A DNA stretch of 28,866 bases from Pseudobdellovibrionaceae bacterium (GTDB lineage: Bacteria > Bdellovibrionota > Bdellovibrionia > Bdellovibrionales > Bdellovibrionaceae): assembly GCA_044359815.1 (NCBI GenBank), contig JBIKLL010000028.1:1-28866 (forward strand). The letters are read 5' to 3'. Shown here piece by piece: positions 7,698 through 17,453 of the stretch (position 1 is its first letter; each line of letters opens with the position of its first letter). A model generated the notes under the pieces. That model saw only the letters and a list, made by a program, of their open reading frames with translations. It was not told where the DNA came from and made no database searches. A program made the translations under genes and the position numbers.

Positions 7698-9145
7698 AAT
7701 TTAGCTTTCAAAAACATTATCAAAATCTGCCGACAGAATTTTACAGTTCTGAAACTGCAGAATCCCATAAAAATCCCCAAGTTATTTTGTTTAACGATTC
7801 GTTAGCCGGGTTCTTAAATATTTTTAATAATAGTCAAGATTTCGAAAGCCTGTCGGCAACTGATCAGCAGTCGTTGGCGCAGATTTTATCAGGGGCAAAG
7901 GTTCTGTCTGGCAGTAATCCCATTGCAATGGCATATTCGGGTCACCAATTTGGCCATTTTACCATGCTGGGCGACGGCAGAGCTATTTTATTGGGCGAGA
8001 TTTTAGGTAGCAATAATAAGCTTTACGACATCCACCTCAAGGGCAGTGGTCCCACAGAGTATTCCAGAAGGGGGGATGGCTTTGCAACTGTGGGTCCCAT
8101 GATCAGGGAATTTTTAGTTTCAGAATACATGAATGCCATTGGTATCCCGACCACCAGAAGCTTGGCAGTGCTTAGCACAAATCACACTGTACATCGTGAT
8201 GGTCCTAAGCCAGGTGCAATTCTGGTTAGAGTTTCTGAAAGCCATATCAGAGTGGGAACCTTTCAGTATGCTGCCCAGTTTGGTGTGTCTGACCACAAAC
8301 TGGTAAAATCACTGGCAGACTATTCGATTGATAGACATTTTCCAAATCTGACGACGGACCCGCAAAAATATTTTAAATTTTTTAAAACTGTAGTTGGGTT
8401 GCAGGCCGAGCTGATTGCAAAGTGGATGGGTGTGGGATTCATCCATGGGGTTATGAATTCTGACAATATGTTGATCTGTGGTGCGACCATAGACTATGGC
8501 CCTTGTGCATTTATGGATGAATTCAATCCCAATGCTGTCTTTAGTTCGATTGATAGCCAAGGCCGTTATGCCTACAGCAATCAACCCATTATTGCACAGT
8601 GGAATCTGGCGCGATTTGCTGAATCGATTTTGCCATTGCTTGATTCAGACATGGATAAGGCCGTTTCCATGGCCGAGGACGTCTTGGGATATTACTTGGA
8701 AGCCTTTCAAGAAAAATTATCCCAAGAATACGGGGATAAATTTGGGTTGAATTTCTTTGGACCCAAAGAACATCAGATGGCAGAAAAATTTTTCGAATGT
8801 CTGAAAAATAATAATCTAGATTACACTCAATCCTTTCGCAGTCTGGCTGATGAGGTTTATATTGCGGCCTTGGATCCTTTTTATCCCTTGTGGGATGATC
8901 GCATCCGGGATCAGCAAATAAAAAAATCTGAGGTCATTAAAAGAATGAAAGCCAAAAACCCTGTGGTCATTCCCCGCAATCATGTGGTTGATTCAGTGTT
9001 GCGGCAGGCTGAAAGCGGAAACTATAATCCAGCTAAAAGCCTGTTTCAGGATCTGATTAATCCCTTTAGCCAGCCTAAAAATCAGGAGCTGTTGCAATTG
9101 CCAAACAGCACCAACAGAGTCACCAAAACCTTTTGTGGGACCTAA
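7694..9145 (+). CDS. selO: Protein adenylyltransferase SelO/YdiU
   Basis: YSGHQFG, LGDGRA, KGSG, RGDG, HGVMNSDN, IDYGP, C-terminal TFCGT. Likely TTG start at 7694 overlapping the upstream TGA (TTGA). Confidence 0.93.
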   Translation: MKFSFQKHYQNLPTEFYSSETAESHKNPQVILFNDSLAGFLNIFNNSQDFESLSATDQQSLAQILSGAKVLSGSNPIAMAYSGHQFGHFTMLGDGRAILLGEILGSNNKLYDIHLKGSGPTEYSRRGDGFATVGPMIREFLVSEYMNAIGIPTTRSLAVLSTNHTVHRDGPKPGAILVRVSESHIRVGTFQYAAQFGVSDHKLVKSLADYSIDRHFPNLTTDPQKYFKFFKTVVGLQAELIAKWMGVGFIHGVMNSDNMLICGATIDYGPCAFMDEFNPNAVFSSIDSQGRYAYSNQPIIAQWNLARFAESILPLLDSDMDKAVSMAEDVLGYYLEAFQEKLSQEYGDKFGLNFFGPKEHQMAEKFFECLKNNNLDYTQSFRSLADEVYIAALDPFYPLWDDRIRDQQIKKSEVIKRMKAKNPVVIPRNHVVDSVLRQAESGNYNPAKSLFQDLINPFSQPKNQELLQLPNSTNRVTKTFCGT

Positions 9146-9237
9146 ATTAAAAATTAACTCTGAACCCTGTCGTTTGGCGTCTTGACCCCGTGGTCAGCCA
9201 TGAATACTTTGGCTCACTACATTTCAAAGAGGGGTTT

Positions 9238-9741
9238 ATGAAACAAATTTTATCCAAGATTTATATTGTTAGCACTGTATTGTTATTAGGATCAATTTCG
9301 CAGGCTTCCAGTGATTTGGATCGTCTTAATCTGAGGGCTGTCGAAAGCCTTTATTTAAATTCAATGGCTGTGGATCCGAATCAATTGCAACACAGAAGGG
9401 TCCGAAGCGGTCGCTGCTATTTAGACCGAACTCCAGAACAAATCCGGCCAGCCATATATACGTTTAAGCGCGAAAGCGGTCACAATAAAATCGCTATCAC
9501 CTGGGGTCCTACATTTGATGCTCCCAATGAGTATGACAAATTGAATTTTGACCAAGCAGAAGCCCGTGGACGAGCTTATTCAATCTATCAGCTGGATCAA
9601 GCCTCCAATTCATTGATGTTTCATCCAGACGGTATGACCAGCCGATTACGATGGGACAGACGATGGATTTTTGAACAATTAACCAATCGTGAAAGTGGCC
9701 AATTGGTAGCCTATTGTGTGTATGGGGCTGCACGCCGCTAG
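9238..9741 (+). CDS. Secreted hypothetical protein
   Basis: GAGGGG RBS before ATG 9238; signal peptide MKQILSKIYIVSTVLLLGSISQA. Confidence 0.75.
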   Translation: MKQILSKIYIVSTVLLLGSISQASSDLDRLNLRAVESLYLNSMAVDPNQLQHRRVRSGRCYLDRTPEQIRPAIYTFKRESGHNKIAITWGPTFDAPNEYDKLNFDQAEARGRAYSIYQLDQASNSLMFHPDGMTSRLRWDRRWIFEQLTNRESGQLVAYCVYGAARR

Positions 9742-9938
9742 CAATATAAATTTTGCTGTCTTAAGCCTGTTCAGTTGCCCATGCCAGAAGGTTGTTTTTT
9801 AAAATAGAGTCGGTATTTTTTAAAAATTTTGGAATAGGCAGGGTGAATTTTTTCAGTTTATCAAATCCGTCTGTACCTATTGGGGGAATGCCTTATAACT
9901 GATCCTAGTTTGAAAAAACAATAACCCTAGGAGAGTTT

Positions 9939-10481
9939 ATGAGATCTTTATTTATAGCTATTTTTACAGTTATTTCGACTGTAGCTAATGCCGCTGATTG
10001 GCAGTTTCCGGTTGAAGATAATTTGGCATTGGAATCTGAAAGCAATGTGGTGTTTTTTCCGGGCTCTAGTTTTGGTGAAGTTGGCACAATGGATGACACC
10101 ACAGTAGGTGCCACACGAACAAAAGACAATACCTTGTGTGCTGTTAAAGTAGTTCGCGAACCGTCAACGGTTGGTGAAAGCCAAAAAACCATCAACGAAA
10201 AAACGTTGCCCGAAAACGCTGCTGGTTTGCAGCAGCAAATGAACACACCAATTAAGCTTTACGTTTTGACTTCAAAAAATGTAGATTACCGAATCATGGC
10301 GCTTGAACGTTTTGAAAAGCAAGACTGGGGAAGACTGTTTTCCAGCACTATCATTGCAATGATTCCTGGATTTAACATCGTCAGTCACTGTGCAACTCCT
10401 GAAAAAGACATGACCAAGAATACAAAAGCAAGTTTGCTGAAACAAGTTAGTCAGCAAGTTATCTTTTTACCCAAGAAATAA
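9939..10481 (+). CDS. Secreted hypothetical protein
   Basis: AGGAG RBS; signal peptide MRSLFIAIFTVISTVANA. Confidence 0.78.
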   Translation: MRSLFIAIFTVISTVANAADWQFPVEDNLALESESNVVFFPGSSFGEVGTMDDTTVGATRTKDNTLCAVKVVREPSTVGESQKTINEKTLPENAAGLQQQMNTPIKLYVLTSKNVDYRIMALERFEKQDWGRLFSSTIIAMIPGFNIVSHCATPEKDMTKNTKASLLKQVSQQVIFLPKK

Positions 10482-10504
10482 GAATCTTCCTAAAAAACTA
10501 AAAT

Positions 10505-10536
10505 ATCAGGTTTCTGGATTCATTCAGAAATCTGAT
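10505..10536. terminator. Hairpin between convergent genes, possible terminator
   Basis: ATCAGGTTTCTGGA-TTCA-TTCAGAAATCTGAT (two G-U pairs on the + strand). Confidence 0.5.
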
Positions 10537-10537
10537 T

Positions 10538-11821
10538 CTAGAATTTCATAAAATCTAAATTTTTGTCCTGAAGATATTTGTACTCATCGTCTAGATTTGA
10601 TGGAAACAAATCTATGCAATCAATCGGGCGGTTTTCGCGCACTGCGGATCTGAGGCATTCAACACCGCGAGATCTTTTAATAATGTAATCGCCAATATAA
10701 TAATCAAAATGAAAATCGTCACAGGCCAGTATCAAAGTCAAAAAAACTAAATGTTTTTTGTAAGCCTTGAGTTTGTCCCACCAGATTTGAATTAAATAAA
10801 TCGTACTGGGTATCAGTAGCATCGAAATCTCTGCGTACCTTTCGGATTTACCCTGACCTATTGGCAAAAAATGGCGGCCTGCCGAGATTCCGGCTAGAGC
10901 AATTAAAACACTGCCGATAAAAAAGACCCAAAGCAAAAGATTGTCCCTATACCTGTAGCGAAAAGATGCAAAAACGAGCGCCAGATAGCCAGCAATTAGA
11001 AGCAAATCAATCGGCAGATACACAAAAATAGGTTTTGAGTTAGCTTGCATAAAACCCAATGAAACAATGTGTGTGTAGTGCACAAACAGTTTTATGGGAT
11101 CAAATCCAAATGGGGCCGAGTGATAACGTTTAAAAAAGAAAGCCAAATACACAATCGCAATCATCGAAAAAATCGTAAAAACATTTTTCAATGTTTCCTG
11201 ATGTTTTTGATTTTTGATTAAGCCAATCATTAAAAAACAAGAGTAAAGCATAGCGCCTATGGCGTAACCCGTCCCAGCGGCTGAGGAAACAACCGACAGA
11301 AATACAAATATAGCATGCAATACGCGTCCCCCAAAACTGGGGAGTTTTAAAAACGCTAGCAGCGACAGGATAAAAAAGATCATAAACAAGGGGTTGCAAA
11401 TTTGTTGACCCATCGTAAAGCTCTCTAGCCCTATGGTAGAAAAAAACGGCACCAGACTGACCAGTGACCAAATCGGAGACAAGCCTAAGTGTTTCAACAA
11501 ATGATAAAGGCAAAACGTGTAGCCACAAAAAATGGCAAAGGAAACAAGCATTAAATAATTAAATTTCAAAACTCCCAGGTCATACATGGCTCGAATTACC
11601 ATCCGAGCTGTGGCATGAACGTGTTCTCCGTGCGGCACCCACAGCATTTTCCAGTAATCAGGTGTCACCAACATGTCACCTTCGGCTATAAAATCCCATT
11701 CATCCCAGTAGGGAATATCGGGAATTTGAGAAATAAAGAAAATATGAGTTCCAGCCAGAGCAACAATGAGGGTCAAAATAGCATAAAAAAGTCTTGATTG
11801 ATTCACCGATCCCATTTTCAA
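10538..11821 (-). CDS. Polytopic membrane protein, probable GT-C-fold glycosyltransferase
   Basis: About 11-12 hydrophobic segments; acidic PYWDEWD motif in the first loop followed by PHGEH; divergent from a GT2 gene. Confidence 0.6.
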   Translation of the reverse strand: MKMGSVNQSRLFYAILTLIVALAGTHIFFISQIPDIPYWDEWDFIAEGDMLVTPDYWKMLWVPHGEHVHATARMVIRAMYDLGVLKFNYLMLVSFAIFCGYTFCLYHLLKHLGLSPIWSLVSLVPFFSTIGLESFTMGQQICNPLFMIFFILSLLAFLKLPSFGGRVLHAIFVFLSVVSSAAGTGYAIGAMLYSCFLMIGLIKNQKHQETLKNVFTIFSMIAIVYLAFFFKRYHSAPFGFDPIKLFVHYTHIVSLGFMQANSKPIFVYLPIDLLLIAGYLALVFASFRYRYRDNLLLWVFFIGSVLIALAGISAGRHFLPIGQGKSERYAEISMLLIPSTIYLIQIWWDKLKAYKKHLVFLTLILACDDFHFDYYIGDYIIKRSRGVECLRSAVRENRPIDCIDLFPSNLDDEYKYLQDKNLDFMKF

Positions 11822-11864
11822 TAGAAAACATCACAAATCAACTGAAAAAGGAAAGATAACAGGC

Positions 11865-12785
11865 TTGCAAAAAAAACCATTGCTGACAGTGATCTGTCCT
11901 GTTTTTAACGAACAAGATTGCATCGAATTATTTTACGATCGATTAAAACAAGTTTCTCGGGATCTGGAGCCTGAGATGGATTGCAATTTGCTTTTTATGA
12001 ACAATTGTTCAACGGATTCGACACTGCAGAAAATTAAAAATCTGTCTGCCAAAGATTCAACGGTTTATTATGCAACCTTGGCCTCAAATGTTGGTTACCA
12101 AAGATCCATCGAAAAGGGCATAAGGATCGCCAAGGGTGATTTATTTGTTATTGTCGATGTGGATTGTGAAGATCCGCCAGAAATGTTTAAAGATTTTTAT
12201 CAGAAAATCAAAACAGGGTATGATTTGGTTTACGGTTTGCGCGCAGACCGTGAAGAGTCTTGGAGTTTGATTTTAATCCGAAAATTATTTTACAGACTGA
12301 CTAAATCTGTATCAGACGAAAAATTTATTTTGGACATGGCTGAATTTTGCATGTTCACATCCGAGGTCAGGGATGCCTTGGTTCAGGATTCAACTTCGTT
12401 TCCATTTATCAGGGCTTCCATCGGCCGCATTGGCTACAGTACTTTTGGAATTCCATATAAAAGGCATAAACGGATTGCCGGTAAAACCAATTACAATTTT
12501 TATCGAATGTTTACCTTTGCGATCGCGGGGATTTTGTCCAGTTCGACTTTGCCGCTACGACTGACTGCTTATTTTTTACCGATTTATTTTTTAGCCTGTG
12601 CCGTTGCGTTTGGATTTTACAATTCAGGTTATTTCCCAGGCTTTTTTGGATTTTTTCAGATTTTAACTGGAATTTATCTGTGCACAGCCATCAGTTTTAT
12701 TTCAATCTACATTGCCCGAATTCATAAAAACAGCTTGGGCAGGCCTAATGCCTTTGTGGCGAACAAACACAGTCGATTGCCTTAA
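11865..12785 (+). CDS. GT2 glycosyltransferase, GtrB/DPM-like undecaprenyl-phosphate glycosyltransferase
   Basis: VICPVFNEQ, NNCSTDST, DVDCEDPPE (DxD), two C-terminal TM helices. Confidence 0.88.
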   Translation: MQKKPLLTVICPVFNEQDCIELFYDRLKQVSRDLEPEMDCNLLFMNNCSTDSTLQKIKNLSAKDSTVYYATLASNVGYQRSIEKGIRIAKGDLFVIVDVDCEDPPEMFKDFYQKIKTGYDLVYGLRADREESWSLILIRKLFYRLTKSVSDEKFILDMAEFCMFTSEVRDALVQDSTSFPFIRASIGRIGYSTFGIPYKRHKRIAGKTNYNFYRMFTFAIAGILSSSTLPLRLTAYFLPIYFLACAVAFGFYNSGYFPGFFGFFQILTGIYLCTAISFISIYIARIHKNSLGRPNAFVANKHSRLP

Positions 12786-12942
12786 CGGGTCCAATGGTTT
12801 TAAGAAAAGCTGATTGCAGTTGAGTCCGCTGAAAATATTAATACTTGGACCAAGGTCCTGATTGCCGCATTCATCCGCGGTCCGATGTCGCTGAATGAGA
12901 TCTGACCTAAATAGGGTTTAGGAATTCGTCGATAGTCTAGGT

Positions 12943-14175
12943 ATGGGTGCTGCCAAAAAAATTGCAAACAAAACAGAATCAATTCCGGCAAACAAAATCG
13001 CAATTGCTTCAGCGTCAGATCTTAGATTGGGATATTTGGATGGGCTGCGGGGTTGGGCATCAATCTTGGTTTTGTTCAGTCATCTGGCCATTTTTGCATT
13101 GGCCAATAAATCACCCATTAGCAAAGCTTGGATTTTTGGTTTTTTAAGCGATGCTAATTTTGCGATTTTTATATTTTTTGTTTTGTCGGGATTGGTTTTA
13201 TCAAACGGTTATTTGCGTACCGGTAATCCAGAGCTGCTGACAGGCATGGTGCTCAGACGTTATCTGCGGTTATTTATACCGATTTTTTGCAGCTCAATGT
13301 TGGCGTACACTTTAAAAACATTTGATTTGTTTTACAACCAACAAGCTGGGATTGCTTTTTCTAATGAATGGCTAAAGGGTTTTTACAACAATCATATGAC
13401 GGTTTGGCAGTTTTATAAGTTTGTATTTTATGATGTGTTTTTTCATCACAATCCGACAACCACATTAAACCCAGTGTTGTGGACAATGGGTCTTGAGCTA
13501 ATGGGATCATTTATCGTTTTTGCCATTTGTGCGTTGGTCATGAAAACCCCTAGCAGATTGGTGATATTGGCTGCCATTTTTTCGTATTTTATGATTGAAA
13601 AAAACATTTGGTATTCCAGTTTTATTGCTGGAATGTTTTTGTCAGTGGCTGAGCTTTACCGTAATCATCGAATCAGCAAGGCCCTGGGGCGACTGTGGCC
13701 AGTGGCATTGATTGCAGTGGCTTATTATTCGGCGTCTTCATTGAGGGGGCCTTTGTTTAGTTTTTTACCAGCGATACGTCATGATTATTTAAATCTGGCC
13801 GGTGCCATGCTGTTGGTTTTTTATGCGGGGGCGTCGAAGACTGTTCAGGGATTTTTTGAAAACAGATTTTCCAAATATTTAGGGACTATTTCGTTTCCAT
13901 TATATTTGACACATTTTTTAGTGCTGTGTTCGTTTTCAAGTTATTTTGCTCTCTATTTGCAAAATCTGGGATTGGGTATCGAAACTGCCAGTACAATTAA
14001 TTTTGTTGTTTCAACAGCAGTGTGTTTTTTGGTGGCCCATTTATTTAGATCAGTAGAAGATTACGCAATAACTGCATCGAAAGAATTTTCTGATTTAATG
14101 TTAAACAAACAAAGTAATATCGGAAAAAAACTTAGGATTAAAGTTCTGAGTTTAGTTGCTAAAAATAAAAACTAA
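12943..14175 (+). CDS. Acyltransferase-3 family (OafA-like) O-acyltransferase
   Basis: LDGLRGWASILVLFSH, FFVLSG, RRYLRL, LWTMGLE, LGTISFPLYLTH. Confidence 0.92.
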   Translation: MGAAKKIANKTESIPANKIAIASASDLRLGYLDGLRGWASILVLFSHLAIFALANKSPISKAWIFGFLSDANFAIFIFFVLSGLVLSNGYLRTGNPELLTGMVLRRYLRLFIPIFCSSMLAYTLKTFDLFYNQQAGIAFSNEWLKGFYNNHMTVWQFYKFVFYDVFFHHNPTTTLNPVLWTMGLELMGSFIVFAICALVMKTPSRLVILAAIFSYFMIEKNIWYSSFIAGMFLSVAELYRNHRISKALGRLWPVALIAVAYYSASSLRGPLFSFLPAIRHDYLNLAGAMLLVFYAGASKTVQGFFENRFSKYLGTISFPLYLTHFLVLCSFSSYFALYLQNLGLGIETASTINFVVSTAVCFLVAHLFRSVEDYAITASKEFSDLMLNKQSNIGKKLRIKVLSLVAKNKN

Positions 14176-14277
14176 TCATTGATTTTTGATAAACTCAAAT
14201 CAATGAGACTAATAATCCCTTTAAATTTTAAATTATAGACCCTTTAGCGACGTTGGATTAAAGTCAACAAATCAAAG

Positions 14278-14649
14278 GTGGTGTTTGTGATTCATATTAT
14301 ATTTGTGATTGTGGCGGGATTTTCGATTTGTGCCAAGGATATGGAAGAATACAAAGCAGAAAGCCGGTTTTTGATTTTGAGGATTGTGCCAGGTGATAAA
14401 TCGGCAAAGCTTTATCTGGCGGGTAAAAAATCTGCTGAATTGAGTCTGCAAAAAGACACTCAGCTTTTATCCGTCACGGCTTTTGACGACAGCAAAAAAA
14501 CCGAGACCTTGAAATTTTCAGGCGAAGGTGATCAATACATTATTGAGAATCTGCCTCAATGGAAAAAGCCCTATCAGATCAAGGTCAAAGCTCAGGTTAA
14601 AGGCCTTCCGGAAGAACTGCATGTTAAGGTCGGTAATCAAAAGCCTTGA
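14278..14649 (+). CDS. Secreted hypothetical protein
   Basis: Hydrophobic N-terminus; beta-rich 123-aa ORF; start codon uncertain. Confidence 0.65.
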   Translation: MVFVIHIIFVIVAGFSICAKDMEEYKAESRFLILRIVPGDKSAKLYLAGKKSAELSLQKDTQLLSVTAFDDSKKTETLKFSGEGDQYIIENLPQWKKPYQIKVKAQVKGLPEELHVKVGNQKP

Positions 14650-14822
14650 ACGGCAATATTGTTTCAATTCAGGTTTCCGCATGGCAGAATGATTGTGTCC
14701 ATCAAAAAAGCTGTCTCATAATGAAACAATCTAAAAACATTTGATGTCTGTGATCATTATTATTCAGTGATTGTGACGGTAATTTCCAACATCCCATAGG
14801 GATAATCATTTAAAATAGAAAG

Positions 14823-15725
14823 ATGATTATAGATGCCTACGCAATCATTGTTCAAGCGGACATGGATGGTGGGGACTCCCTCCAGCGGGAGGCTATGTAT
14901 GCTTTTGGTCAAAAGCTTGTCTACAACACAAATATTCAAACAATAAAATTTGATGGTAAAATCATTCGCAGACCGAGCTCGGAATTTATTCTGAATAAGC
15001 TTGAGGTCCAGCCCGGTATTTATATCCGCCATCCAGACAGCTCAAAATGGTATTCAAATCCCGAAACGACCTCACGGGACCAAGTATTACCGGTGATTGC
15101 ATATTGTGCGGCCTACGAAGACTACGATCGTTTGTGGAGGCTTTTTAAATCCACAGTGAAGCGGGGCATGTTCGCACAAAATTTTGTCAGAATCGGCGAG
15201 GGTGAAACCGCAAAAAAAATCCCAGACCCCATGCATTTAAATCTGGCTCAGTTTATCAGGGCGGGTGGTTGGTGGACTGCGGTTTTCTATCCGTTTCTGT
15301 GGATATTTGATTTGGTAGAATTATTTGGAACTTTGATTTCGATATTGCCCTTTGAATTTAAAGACGATTATTTGTATCCGACACTGAAAGACGGCGATGA
15401 CGTCGATGATAATAACAAAATCATTCAGCATTTAATCGCCGCCAATTACAAACCCACTTTGATTTCAGAACTGAGTAGATATATTTATTCAGTCACCAGA
15501 CACGAAAATTTAGGCAACACAGTTTTGAATGAAAAAAATCCCGTTATGGGTGCTTTGGTTTGGTATCACAGGGATACCCATGGTGGTGCAGGCAATCCCG
15601 AAATTGCTGAACTGTACCGACCTTTGATCGAAATGTATTTTGAATACCCAACCCCCAGCGAAGCCATAGAAATCGCCTGGCTTAAATTAATGGGATTTGA
15701 AAAATACCTAACAGCTATGGATTAA
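14823..15725 (+). CDS. Hypothetical protein (DGGD / RHP / SRDQ motifs)
   Basis: 300-aa ORF, mostly helical, with one hydrophobic stretch. Confidence 0.75.
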   Translation: MIIDAYAIIVQADMDGGDSLQREAMYAFGQKLVYNTNIQTIKFDGKIIRRPSSEFILNKLEVQPGIYIRHPDSSKWYSNPETTSRDQVLPVIAYCAAYEDYDRLWRLFKSTVKRGMFAQNFVRIGEGETAKKIPDPMHLNLAQFIRAGGWWTAVFYPFLWIFDLVELFGTLISILPFEFKDDYLYPTLKDGDDVDDNNKIIQHLIAANYKPTLISELSRYIYSVTRHENLGNTVLNEKNPVMGALVWYHRDTHGGAGNPEIAELYRPLIEMYFEYPTPSEAIEIAWLKLMGFEKYLTAMD

Positions 15726-15824
15726 TACGATAGAAAATATCGATAGATGAAATAGACAAGTAGTGGCAATTCTGAAATGTTGAATTGGACCATGCGATTA
15801 TGTATAAACTGGCTGAGGTGAAAT

Positions 15825-16205
15825 ATGAATTTTTTAAAGCCACTGCAAATAAGCCTTCTAGTCTGTCTGTTTTTTAAAAGTGTTTTTGGTTTTTCAATCC
15901 CTGCAGCTGCAGCGGAACAGTTGAAGATCGTTCCCAATGAAAAAGTCTGTATGGTTACAGATCAGCTGTTTCCAAAAGCTCAAATCCCCGTTGTTCATAG
16001 TGGAAAGACCTATTACGGTTGCTGCCAAAATTGCAAAAAGACTTTGTCAGAGGACTCTACGGCGCGATCGGCCGTTGACCCTGTTTCTGGTAAACCAGTG
16101 GACAAGGCTGTAGCAGTGATCGCTGCTCGTGAAGACGGATCTGTTATTTATTTTGAAAACAAAAAAACTTTTGATGCTTACACGGGCAAAGATTCAAAAA
16201 AGTGA
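15825..16205 (+). CDS. Secreted YHS/TRASH-type metal-binding protein
   Basis: GAGG RBS, signal peptide, VCMV, GKTYYGCCQNC, DPVSG, YFEN. Confidence 0.8.
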   Translation: MNFLKPLQISLLVCLFFKSVFGFSIPAAAAEQLKIVPNEKVCMVTDQLFPKAQIPVVHSGKTYYGCCQNCKKTLSEDSTARSAVDPVSGKPVDKAVAVIAAREDGSVIYFENKKTFDAYTGKDSKK

Positions 16206-16429
16206 ATTTTGGCCGTTTCAGGTAACCGAGATTTTTCAGGTGTATTGATCTGACGGTGTTCAAAATTCATTCAGCAGATGTTTCAGACTTACATGCAATG
16301 ATCGCGTTTCAATTTGAAAAGTACAGTTTAATACATAATTATTAATCAGTATTATTTTTTTTCAATCTTAATACAAAAATTTGAGTGGTCCTAATTGCCC
16401 AAGGCAAAAGATAAGGGCATCATTTAATA

Positions 16430-17341
16430 ATGATTTTAATTGCACTGCTGATTGCATTAGCTGGTCATTCGAAGGACTCATTTCCGAAAATCAAATGCTC
16501 GGTTAAAACACAAATTCCTGCGGGCAGCGAAAATCGAAAAAAATTCGTCAGTGAGATTTCTGAGTATGCTAAGGCTGAGGGTTACAACGACGAGGAGCTT
16601 AAAAACTTCGAGAAAGCTCTGCGACGTTATCTTAAAGATCCCAGGATCAATCGCTCCTATTGCAAGTCCCTATTGAACATTGTTTCCCCAAAACTTATTT
16701 CAAAGCAAAATGAGGCTCATGAAACCAGTTATCAAAGATTGATGACCCCCGAGATGATGAAGGCTGCGAAAGATTTTAAAAAGAAGTACAGGACAGCGCT
16801 AAAAAGGGCCGCTGAAAAACACAAAATCGACGCTAATGTAGTTGTTAGCATTTTGGCCTGGGAGTCTAATTTTGGAAAAAACATGGGGAAATATTTTGTA
16901 GCCAATGTCTTTTTGACCCAAATTCTGTTTATTGATAAAGCCAATAAGAAAGTTCTGCCGAAAATTTCAAGCCAGAAAGATTTTAATTTAACAGATTATC
17001 AAAATCGCCTTAAAAGAATCGAAAACAGAGCTAAGGCTAATTTTGTGGCGCTATTGATAGAGTCTGAAAAGCGGAAAATGGATGCTTTGTCGGTGCGGGG
17101 CAGTTGGGCCGGGGCCATTGGCATACCCCAGTTTATGCCCGCCAGTCTGAAATGGGCTGATACAAATCGAAAGGGTTCAGTTGTTAATCTGCTAAACATG
17201 AGTGATGCGATTTTTTCAGTGGCAAATTATTTAAGGGAACACGATTTCGCAGCTGATCCGTTTAAAGCAGTATTTGCCTACAACAATGATTCTGCCTATG
17301 CCGAAGGTGTGCTAAAGCTTGCCAAGTCTTTGGCGATCTAG
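16430..17341 (+). CDS. mltB: Lytic murein transglycosylase, MltB/SLT_2 family
   Basis: ILAWESNFG (catalytic Glu), GSWAGAIGIPQFMPAS, DAIFSVANYL, YNNDSAY. Confidence 0.88.
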   Translation: MILIALLIALAGHSKDSFPKIKCSVKTQIPAGSENRKKFVSEISEYAKAEGYNDEELKNFEKALRRYLKDPRINRSYCKSLLNIVSPKLISKQNEAHETSYQRLMTPEMMKAAKDFKKKYRTALKRAAEKHKIDANVVVSILAWESNFGKNMGKYFVANVFLTQILFIDKANKKVLPKISSQKDFNLTDYQNRLKRIENRAKANFVALLIESEKRKMDALSVRGSWAGAIGIPQFMPASLKWADTNRKGSVVNLLNMSDAIFSVANYLREHDFAADPFKAVFAYNNDSAYAEGVLKLAKSLAI

Positions 17342-17415
17342 CAAAAGTGACCGTATTACTTTTTCTGTTTTTTATCCTGCGCTGTAGACAGAAAAAGTAA
17401 TACGGTCACTTTTGC
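17341..17415. repeat. Perfect 28-bp inverted repeat (REP/MITE-like hairpin)
   Basis: GCAAAAGTGACCGTATTACTTTTTCTGT (17341-17368), 19-nt spacer, ACAGAAAAAGTAATACGGTCACTTTTGC (17388-17415). Confidence 0.9.
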
Positions 17416-17453
17416 GGTGGCTTTGTAGGATCAGTTGAATTAGTTCTGTCCCT

